DNA from: Rozella allomycis CSF55
Taxonomy: Eukaryota
Direction: 5' to 3'
NCBI GenBank assembly: GCA_000442015.1
Contig: KE560907.1
Span: 56,225 to 76,224, forward strand
Length of the DNA: 20,000 nt
A program made the position numbers and the translations under genes. Shown in pieces: positions 8,857 through 18,965 of the stretch (position 1 is the stretch's first letter; every line of letters begins with the position of its first letter). Under the pieces are notes generated by a model. The model was not told the DNA's origin, did not search any database, and saw nothing but the letters and a program-made list of their open reading frames with translations.

Positions 8857-11800
8857 CTAAGGATAGTTGGCTTTAGAATTCTGCTCTTTTATGTTTCTGA
8901 TTTGATTTCGCGACATTTCAAGGTCTCGGTAAAATATGTTTATGGCATTGTCGACACCATTCTCTTCTCTTAATTTAGCACCCATCTGTTTTGATTTTTC
9001 AATTATTGCAGGATCCGATGTCACGTATTTTATTGCTTCTCCAAGTCTATCAAGTTTCTTCATAGAGCATCCGACACCCAACTCATAGCTTTAAATAAAA
9101 CATGATTACCTCTTGTACTCTTTGAGCCCAAAAGAATTGGTCGCCGAAAAATGGTTTAATAACAGTTGGAACACCAGCACGCATTCCCGCACTTGTTGTG
9201 CCAGCACCTCCGTGATGAACAACACATGCCATTTGCGGAAAGAGCCAATCATGGGGCACTGAATCAATGCAGTAAATAAACTCGGGAAATTGAATCACGT
9301 CATCAGAAGGATTTTCTTTTCGGCCGGACCATCCCTTGCACACTATCGCTTTCAGCCCTGATTTTTTCACGCCATTGATAATTTGGGTTATCAATTCATT
9401 TGTATCATCTACAACTATCGAACCAAATCCAATGTAAATAACTTTATCATCAGTTGACAAAAAATCAATAAGTGCTTTTGGAGGTTCCCATTTATTTTCA
9501 GGATTGTCCAAATTCCAATATCCACTTGTTGTAATACGAACTTTTTGTTACGTTATATGGACCCAATCATGCCAATCATGTGGCTGTGGAGCAACCAAAG
9601 AGCTAAAACAATATAAATACGGAATAGATAAATCATCAATGTTTATAAAGCCAATAGGTTTCTAAACAAGAATTCGATTATCAGTTTACTAAATTCAAAG
9701 TTTCTTTCCTCCATTTATTGGTTTGACTTGCCCTTCCTTTCCAAAATACTTGCTGAAACAGCATGTAACTCATATAGTTAAAACCTCCGCCTAAAGGAGT
9801 TTCTGTTGTAGCAAATGGGTGTGGATACACAGTAGTCCTTGTCCATGGCATAGTAAAAGCACAAAAGTACGGAATTTCTAGTTTTTCTGCAATGTGCATA
9901 CCGGCCATTGCTGTTGGAGATTCGATGATGGCATCAGTTCCCTAAAATTCACATGCGACAATTAAACTACTTGGCAAGCTTCCCAAGCACTGACTAATAG
10001 CTCATCCACCCAATCTCTAAATTTGCGGACACCTTCACGAAAGAACTTTACAGTAAACATTCCATTTTCAACACATAAACTTATAAGCTCTGCAGGATTT
10101 CCGCCTATGCTGGCGAATTCTATTCCATGACTTTCAATCCACTGCTTGTACTCCAAATGAGTTACAATCCGGCATTTATGACCATGTAGAATAAACCCCA
10201 TTCTTAAGGGTGAAATATATTTACTTTGCATAAAGCGATGAAAGGTTGAACATCTCCTCTAGTTCCGATTGTTAAACAGGTTATATGCATCGGCTTTGGT
10301 CGAATCGCAACTTTCAATGGTTGAACAAATACTAGCGGAGTAATGTTTTTGTTTGCCAAATCATCCAATATAACATTATCTGCAGTGGTGGTAATTAATG
10401 ATTTGAAGTATAAAGAAAGTCTGTATTATAGAACTGATGTTAATACTTGTCTGAGATACCATCTTTTTCTTTGCTTTGAAGTTCGCCAACACATTTACAT
10501 AGTGTGTCGATACATTTCATTTTACTATCGAATGAAAAGAAATCGAAATAAAAGTTTCTCAANTATCCACTGCTTGTACTCCAAATGAGTTACAATCCGG
10601 CACTTATGACCATGTAGAATAAACCCCATTCTTAAGAGTGAAATATATTTACTTTGCATAAAGCGATGAAAGGTTGAACATCTCCTCTAGTTCCGATTGT
10701 TAAACAGGTTATATGCATCGGCTTTGGTCGAATCGCAACTTTCAATGGTTGAACAAATACTAGCGGAGTAATGTTTTTGTTTGCCAAATCATCCAATATA
10801 ACATTATCTGCAGTGGTGGTAATTAATGATTTGAAGTATAAAGAAAGTCTGTATAATAGAACTGATGTTAATACTTGTCTGAGATACCATCTTTTTCTTT
10901 GCTTTGAAGTTCGCCAACACATTTGCATAGGGTGTCTATGCATTTCATTTTACTATCGAATGAAAAGAAATCGAAATAAAAGTTTCTCAAATCTTTTGTG
11001 CCGATGTAAAGTCCTTTGAAAATTACTCCCTGATACACAGTCACCTGCTTTGTCTCAATGTCCCTGAGAGGAATTAAAACCTAATAAAACTCATTCATAC
11101 TTTAAATACCTTTGTTTGAATCCCTGTAACTCTAGATATGAATCCCACATAGTTAGGAGTGATAAATATTTTTCCTATTCTCGGAATAGTTTTCAGAAGA
11201 GCACAATTAAAAACTATTCCACTGACAGATGTTGAAGGTACCATCAATGACAGACTCAGATTCAGGCAAGGCGAATNTGGAGTGATAAATATTTTCCCTA
11301 TTCTCGGAATAGTTTTCAGTAAAGCACAATTAAAAACTATTCCATTTTTAGATGTTGAAGGTACCATCAATGACAGACTCAGATTCAGGCAAGGCGAATA
11401 TTTTTCTCAAATCCTTTTCCAGAGCTGCTCTGTCCGACCTAGATATGAAAAGAAAATTCCTCTGAATAAACTTGACCGTTGGAATGAAAAGATTTGTTGT
11501 AAATGTTAATATGTTCTTGGATGGTTTTTCTTCTTCGAAACTTTGCGAATCACCAAGAGTGGTATCACTTAGTCGGTCTTTACGCCTATTTGATTTGTAC
11601 TCATTTCGCCGATATTCTTTATAAAGAAATGAAAGATCTTGATATGCAATGTCTGTGCTTTGAAAGTATGCAAAATAATACTGTTTCTAGTTCAATATCA
11701 TGATTACTTCATCAGTAACATTTTGTTCGTCAGATATTTTAACTATCAAGGCCTCCCTGATTGTCGCAGGACATGAAAGTGATATTTCAGTGATAAAAGA

Positions 11801-12611
11801 ATACGGAATAACAATCTTTGCAATCATAAAGATGTAATTACTTTAATTGAATCTCCAAGATTTTTTGCTTTGAAGGTGGCGGCTTCAATACTCATTAGCC
11901 ATTCGTCAAGTGCTACCTCACTGTCAGCTTGAAATATCCATCTTTTGCCCAAAGCAACAATTTTGAAGGACACGCTAGATATTCTTTTAACATTGCTTAT
12001 TGTTTTCAAATCTAATGACCCAAGCGGACTGTATATATCCTTCTCGAAATTAGCGGAATATTTTACATTTGAAGATTCATAGTATCTCATTGTTTCATTA
12101 TTTAGAATAAACCAATAACTAGTAAATATTGCCGCAGACCTATTCTTTTTCATTAACCATCCCGCCTTTAACGTCTGGCCCTTGAATTAGTATCAACTTG
12201 TGGACTTACTTGCTCAGACGGCAAGGTAGCATAAAAGCAGAGCGAGAATCGTGTTAGAAATAATACCCCTTTCACAAATACATTCCGCACCAACCAGCAA
12301 GGATATTCTGTCAACCAATTAGTGACAATTTACCGGAAATAAAGTGATCATTTTCAGACAGTTCGAATATTTCTTTAATTTTCTTTTCATAATCTGCATT
12401 CTCTTCAATAACAGATTGTTCCCTGGAATGACCTACATTTGCATCTGCGTTGCATCAACAGTGAGTGCTTACGTTGTGTCAAACTTGGATCCCTGAAAAA
12501 TATCTCTGCGTCATTTTCATCTACATTCTTATCAGTGCAAATAGAGGCATTTACTGTGGTGTAAGATAAACTAGCCAAGGCGGATACTATTTTGAAAACA
12601 TGCGTATTCAT
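8857..12611 (-). CDS. ATG26: Sterol 3-beta-glucosyltransferase (GRAM-PH-GRAM-glycosyltransferase), about 14 micro-introns, with two internal duplicated blocks at N joins
   Basis: [18 protein letters not shown] (GRAM), KAGWLMKK...YWFIL...PLGSLDL (PH), [97 protein letters not shown]. Confidence 0.96.
10137..10990. repeat. Direct duplication of 426 bp (10137-10562 and 10565-10990) either side of N10563
   Basis: Offset 428; about 7 differences, all synonymous or in proposed introns in the ATG26 frame. Confidence 0.95.
11156..11399. repeat. Direct duplication of 121 bp (11156-11276 and 11279-11399) either side of N11277
   Basis: Offset 123; 7 differences, 4 in the 28-nt intron and 3 not changing the protein (Gly, Leu). 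Confidence 0.95.
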
Positions 12612-13414
12612 AATAGAAATTTCAAACCAATTAAGTTTAAACTAACAAATTCATTTAGAAATTGATGTTACAAAATTTAACTTTATTCATTTTGATCATT
12701 TAAAATTCATTCCATTATCTGACAATGTTCTGTTTGAAACTGATAAATCATGGAGAAATAGACAATGTGAACATGAATACTTAAAAAGATTCAATTTCAA
12801 ACGTTGAAGGATGTATTTGTAATATCTTAAGGAAGAGTACACAACGAAACTTTGGAGATATCCAGTTAAAAATTCAAGAGACGGAAGCTAATTTATCCAT
12901 TGGAACCATAAATTTTATATCTAATCAAATTTTTCAGTTTATTTCAATGTTGACAATCCACGACGTTAATTCTTAACATGGATAGTGATCAAGAAAAGAA
13001 CATATTCTATTTCAATGTTTACGTAATTCTTCTTAGAATGCTTGATGCATTCCTTTTAATGTGACACCTAGCTTTTAATCTGAACGAGCGCCGCACCTCG
13101 TTTTGAAGACGCGTTCAACGTAAGGAGAATCAATGGTCACGTCTGTATATACATTTTGGCTAATTTTGTAAGGTTTAAGAGATTAAATAAAATTAATACG
13201 CATCCCGAGATAGCGACAATATTTGACTTGTCGTCCATTTTATTGTCATATTTTCAAGTATTGATTGGAAATGCATCTGCACAATGCCATTTACTTATTC
13301 AAATTTAAGTTTTAAAGAACAATTTAATAATTAAAGTCTACTCGAAAAGCTAAACATATAGAGACACCTCTAGAAAACTGATTAGCAATTTAAGTTAAAA
13401 TCAAGTTTATTTTG

Positions 13415-16400
13415 TTATTCCATGTCAAATTCAGAATTATCGTCGCCCTCGGAATAAAAGTCACCTTCGGAATAAAAGTCGTCCTCTTCATAATCCTCAT
13501 TCCAGTCATCAACGACATGTTTTTTCTCCTTAAGGTCATTTTGCATGAATAGCGCCAAGCTTTCTGCTATTTCTTTCTCCTCTCGTTCCGCTCTTTTCCT
13601 TGCTTCATTTTCTTCAATTTCCTTCTGCTTATTTTGAACATCAATCCAATTTTGAAAATCTGTAAATAACTTATGAATAATACATAGATATCTTACTTCA
13701 CTTACATCCTGATCTAACACTATGGTCAATAGATCATCTTCGTCCATTATTTCGTAAAATGGTTTTGCAAGTTTGTAAAACAGTTCGTCACCTTCTTCGT
13801 TTTTCTTTTTGAGACATGTGCGAAAAATATCGATACTGGATAAATCAACAGAGACAAGTAACATTGCAAGACGAATCTTCGTTTCAGTTCCTTTAGCGAT
13901 GGCGTAAGCTAATTGCCAGTTATCTTTTCCCACTGCAGCTTCAAACAAATGTGCCGCGAAAATCATTTTTCTTCCTTCATCTCCACGAAATTTTTCATTC
14001 CACAAATCAAGCCATTCCACATCATAATCTTTAATTAACTGTTGTAGAGTTCCAAGACCAGACAAAGCAATGCGTAATTCATAATTATTAAAATAACAAG
14101 GAATCATTATCTCAAGAATAGATTTGATTTTTTCTTTTGCAGAATGACTGAATAAATGGTCATTCTTTATGGCCCTTGACTCAATGAAGCGAGCGGCTAC
14201 ATCGATTGAAAAGATGCCCTTTTTAATCTGAGCATCGAAAATTGAAAGTGCTTGATCATGAACTTTCTCATCAAGTAAAAGTTTGTCAATATATTGACCT
14301 AGTGTAGAGTGGACGAGCAACGACGCTACAAAACCATCGCGCAAGCCTCTATTTTCTTCGTTGGATGGCCATTGAGTAGATAAACGTATATTCAATTCAT
14401 ATTTCAACTTCTGTCATAAAACGCGAAGACTTTCGTCAATTACGCCTGACACACATTTAAAGGTGTTCAACACAAAGTTAATCGTCGGGATTTGAATTGG
14501 ATGCTTTTTACTGTCCATTGATAAATTATCAAGATTTTCATTGATGTATTTTTTTAATTTGTGCCACTCCATATTTTTTACCATGCGTAGTAATTCAACT
14601 TTAAAGGACAGATCAGGATTTTCGATTTCTTGTAACCTTGCAGAAAGAGTTGCATAAATAAAATCAAGATCAAACATTTCTTCTTCTAAATATTTATTTA
14701 TCTCACTCCAACTTTTACTACTTACCCATTTTAGAATCTTTTGCTGAAACAATAATTCATTTTATCTTTTGACTAAACCTTCATTTGTAATCCAATCTCT
14801 CACTCCAAAAAGATTATTCACCACAAACGGGGCACCAAACATATTAATAGACTTGTCTAGACCATCATTTATTTGGTCCCATTTTTTATTATGAAGATTT
14901 TTTATAAATTGAAGCCTGTTGTAAAGGATTTCATGCTCATTTTGAATTGTATCTTCGTACTTGGCAAGATTGTTCAATACATATTTGAAAAGAATTCCCA
15001 TATTAAGATCACTAATAAAGCTGTCTAAAGAAATCCAGTCCTTTGCTGTCACGTATTTCCACAAATTCTTTTCTGTCAGATATAATTCATACAAATTAGA
15101 ATGATTCTGTTTAATATTACTTTCATAGAAGGCAAGTCTCGTGGTTACATAATCGGCTCCTAAGTAAAAAATATAAGTTTCGTAAAAGTTGTAATAGATA
15201 TTATCCCAATTAAGTTTTCTCAAGTTGATGTTGAACTCCAAATCTGCAACACATTTTAAATAATTCTTGTAAAGCTCACTGTCTTTATTAATGTCACAGC
15301 GCTCTAATATTGATACTACCAAGGCTAAATCCACCTCTCGAGCTTTGTGGTCGTCTTTGATAAGGTCATTGACTGCTGACCAATCTTTTTCTTTCACGGA
15401 TTTTAAAAATTGAAATCTTTTATAATAGATACTTTGCTGTATATCGCTATTGCTGTCCATTTCTGACATTTTGTCCACCACAAAGTCTAGGCCAAGTTCT
15501 TGGATTATATACTCTAGACAATAAGGTTGTAACCTAGCCCAATGATTGTTTTCCACTATATCTAAAAATTGAAGTCTTTTTTTCAAATATTCGGAGGAAC
15601 AGTTTCCATTTGGGCAAAGTACTTTTGCAACAAAGTCAAAACCCAAGTTTCTTACAGTGTCATCAAGATTCGCTCTGATTTTTCCCCAGTTTTTATTTTG
15701 AAAATCCACTGTAAATTCAACAAGTTTTTTTATCAAGGCTTTGGCCGCGTTGCATTGGAACATGGCCATTTTAGGTCTAGCATAAACAAGCATATCAATC
15801 AAAAAGTTAGGAGAAATCAATTTCTTGAGAATTTCAAAGTTAACACTAATAATATCCCATTGATTTTCGTTTATAGACCTTAACAAACTCAATTTTGCGT
15901 ATAGTCCATTTTCAGATTCGATCATGTCTTTATCCACATTTCTCAGGGCAGATACAATAATGGAGATATCGATTTCAAAGCTTACGGTATTTTGTTCAAT
16001 AAAGTTGTTCACTTCACACCACTCACCCTTAAATGCAGCATTAAGGAAGTCCGAAATAACAAGAAGAGATTTTGATTCTTTAGGAATTTCCACGCGAATT
16101 CGATCAAGAACAACTGCTGCAATTTGAGACCAATGTTATCAAAGTTATGCTCCAGTAACGATTTTACTTCAGACCATTCCTTCAGAGCCACATTTTGCAA
16201 GAACTGACGCTTGTCGTAAAGAGCACAATTTTCACTATTATTGTTAACTTTGGAAAGTATTTTCAAAACGTATTCAAAATCTAGTGAGTCAATATCAGCC
16301 TCGAGTCTAGAGTTCACTCGTGCCCAGTCGCTTTTGTTAACTAAACCTTCCAAAGAAGCCGGCATGGCTCTAACCTTAAAGAAAAGTAAAGCCAAGATAA

Positions 16401-16428
16401 CAAACGTTAAGGTACCCCTGGTAAACAT
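13415..16428 (-). pseudogene. Disrupted ~1000-codon secreted protein with about 12-13 tandem ~50-60 aa helical W...LY repeats and an acidic tail; one frameshift (~16125) and two in-frame stops (14762-14764, 14414-14416)
   Basis: Signal peptide MFTRGTLTFVILALLFFKVRA. ORFs 14762-16093, 14414-14752 and 13415-14407 share one frame and are separated by single stops. The repeat pattern continues across all breaks. Confidence 0.75.
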
Positions 16429-16633
16429 TTTTGTAGTGGCTTGGTGCGTTTCGCAAATTTAACCCTGTGTGGCTTAGTTTGAATTTTCAAATTCGGGCAT
16501 TTAGGAAATTCTTACTACTCCCAGTAAATTTCATGGAGTATATTTAATTTTTTAACCAATAAAGGATTTACAAGTTTTAATGATGTCCCTAATGTTATAT
16601 TCTTTTGGGCCATTGGCATGGCTTATTCTTTTT

Positions 16634-16894
16634 AATCTAAAGATCCAAGCGGACTGTATATATCCTCCTCGACATTACCTGAATATTTTACATTTGAAGA
16701 TTCATAGTATCTTATTGTTTCATTATTTAGAATAAACCAATAACTAGTAAAAATTGACGCAGACCTATTCTTTTTCATTAACCATCCCGCCTTTAATGTT
16801 TGGCCCTTGAATTAGCTTCAACTTGTGAATATACTTGCTCAGACGGCAAGGTAGCATAAATGGTAAAAGCAGAGCAAAAATCGTGTAAGAAATA
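16634..16894 (-). pseudogene. Diverged partial copy of ATG26 (matches 12009-12262), including two introns
   Basis: Roughly 85-90% nucleotide identity by eye. Encodes [56 protein letters not shown] then a stop, with a 7-nt insertion near 16860. Confidence 0.9.
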
Positions 16895-16895
16895 T

Positions 16896-16959
16896 GTCTC
16901 GCAGTGCTTGTTTAATCGGACGGGGAGTTTACAAGTCTCGCAGTGCTCGTTAAATCGGA
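16896..16959. repeat. 39-bp tandem repeat (about 1.6 copies) running into N16960
   Basis: gtctcgcagtgcttgtttaatcgga at 16896 and gtctcgcagtgctcgttaaatcgga at 16935; the minus strand reads RFNEHCETCKLPVRLNKHCET. Confidence 0.8.
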
Positions 16960-17296
16960 NAGCCATCCCATAATTTGAACAGATGTTATTATTGCCTAAT
17001 AATTCTTCTGGTTTCCTTGTAAAGTCTGGATCGAGTAAATTGTCGCACTTAACAATTACACCATCTTTGGTTTTCATTTCTATTCGATACTATTAAATAG
17101 ACAAAATCCAGTTACGCGGTTACGGATAGCGCGATGTATTGCATATATTTCGTTCGCGGTCNCATATAAATTTTTTTCACGCAAAACAACTTTTTTCTAT
17201 TTGATCATTTTTTCACATTAGTGTGACTCGCCTAAAATAAAATCTACCTATATGCAAAACATTTACGAATTCATTTTACCGCTTTCTGCAATCGCA

Positions 17297-17332
17297 CGTG
17301 GCCTTTATTTACCGCGTGACCTTCATTTACCG
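17297..17332. repeat. 18-bp tandem repeat (2 copies, plus a partial copy near 17270)
   Basis: cgtggcctttatttaccg / cgtgaccttcatttaccg, 16 of 18 identical. Confidence 0.7.
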
Positions 17333-17501
17333 TTTTCTAGTTTCCTCTTGCGAATCCCGAATCCCCATTATCTTGTTCTGATAAAAAAATGTCTATAAAT
17401 TTTATCTTTTAATTAATATAACTGTTTAATCGATTGGATACTTTTAAAGATTTAAGGGGGACTCAAAACTAAGTGTAACAAGCAAATCTCATGGCTCTAA
17501 N

Positions 17502-18548
17502 CACATGACCATTTTCACTAGCGTCATCCATCGCTCTACCAGACCAATCCAACTGTAATCCACTATGTTTCCACCATTCGAGAATACTAACATGACCATT
17601 TCTACTAGCTTGATCCATTGCAATAAAAGTATATTTTAGCTCTAATCCACTCTCTCTGAACCAATCGAGAACATTAACATGACCATGATAACTGGCCTGA
17701 TCCATACAAAAATACCATTTACGCTCCAATCCGCTTTTCTGCCACCACTCAAGAATTTCAACATGACCATTTGAACTAGCACTCGTCACAGCATCATTCC
17801 ATTTAAGCTCTAATCCACTTTCTTTCCACCAATCAAGTACTTCAATATGGCCATTTGAACTAGCAAAATCCATAGTATTATCGCTCCATTTAAGCTCTAA
17901 TCCGCTATTCTTCCACCACTCAAGAACATTAACATGACCGCATTCACTAGCCCAATCCATAGCATAGTCACTCCATTTAAGCTCCAATCCACTCTCTTTC
18001 CACCACTCAAGAACTTTAAGATGACCATTTGAACTAGCCCAATCCATAGCATATTCACTCCATTTAAGCTCCAATCCACTATTTAGCCACCATTCGAGAA
18101 CTTCAACGTAACCATTGTTACTAGCAAGATTCATAGATTCTGCATCATAGAATAAATTATACTGGCCATTTTCCCACCACCTCAAGACATTTACATGCCC
18201 ATTCGCACAGGCCCAATGTATAGCGCCTCTCGGGCATTTAAATTTAAACCCGCTTTTTTTGAACCATTCCAAGACATCACTGCGTCCAAATCTACTTGCA
18301 CTTATCAAGGAACACTCACTTGCACCGTTTATTTTGGGTAGAAATATACTCAGATATTTAGTTGCTCCAGATGAACAAATTATATTATAATCCGATTTTA
18401 TCTTCAACGCTTCATAAAACAGCTCAACAGAATGAAAAGATAAAAGGAATGAGATACGATCATGTTCTGGAAGCAGACTTTGAATTCTATTTACCAGCTC
18501 GATTGGTAAGTCTTGTAAACGAGTAGAAGGCGCTTTTGAAAGATCCAT
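17502..18548 (-). CDS. F-box plus ankyrin-like repeat protein, intronless, 3' end cut by N17501
   Basis: F-box motif LQDLPIELVNRIQSLLP, then about 10 repeats of 28-29 aa with consensus AMDxASxNGHVxVLEWWKxSGLELKWS (87-nt period). Confidence 0.88.
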
Positions 18549-18642
18549 TAGTGAAAATTACGTAAATAACTTTTGTCGTACCAGGGTTTCTTGTCGCTCC
18601 ATGCGATTATAGTATCTTAATCCTCATAAATTGGATAATAAN

Positions 18643-18795
18643 TTCGCCGTCGGCGTCGTTACCATATCCTTTTTCGCCTTCTACAACTTCACCGTCTCCT
18701 TTTTGTTTTGTATCTTTGCCAATGTCGGTTTAAACTGTACATGTTGCAAACGAATTGCACTGGCCAAAACCAACTATAAATATTGCAGCAATCAT
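18643..18795 (-). CDS. Possible fragment of a secreted Gly/Glu-rich protein, intron 18714-18740, truncated at N18642
   Basis: MIAAIFIVGFGQCNSFAT, then a 27-nt GT-AG segment containing the stop, then YTKQKGDGEVVEGEKGYGNDADGE. Confidence 0.3.
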
Positions 18796-18965
18796 TACAA
18801 GAGATTGCTTGAAGAGGAACAAGAATTGGACAGGATGACAGTAGAAGATGATAGTGAAGAATGAGCATAAGCAAATAAATACATAAATATGGATCTCATG
18901 TCCACGCGCCAATTTCGAGTTTAAAACTCTCAAAAAATAAAACTTATCTAGAAGATAAATATGAT

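Noticed and set aside
10137..11399. Real tandem exon duplication or mutually exclusive exons in ATG26
   Set aside because: The boundaries fall mid-exon exactly at N characters and all differences are silent, so uncollapsed haplotypes are the simpler explanation.
13081..13117. GC-rich patch with short inverted ends (tgaacg...cgttca) as a possible ncRNA
   Set aside because: The stem is only about 6 bp and there are no tRNA, snRNA or snoRNA hallmarks.
13449..13484. 18-bp duplication encoding DFYSEG twice
   Set aside because: An ordinary slippage repeat in a low-complexity acidic tail.
14414..14764. Stop-codon reassignment or alternative genetic code explaining the in-frame TAA and TGA
   Set aside because: TAA, TGA and TAG all act as normal stops in neighbouring genes, and conserved Trp and Gln residues use standard codons.
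16896..18130. CRISPR-like array suggested by the periodic repeats
   Set aside because: The context is eukaryotic, the periods are multiples of three (39 and 87 nt) and protein-coding, and there are no unique spacers or cas genes.
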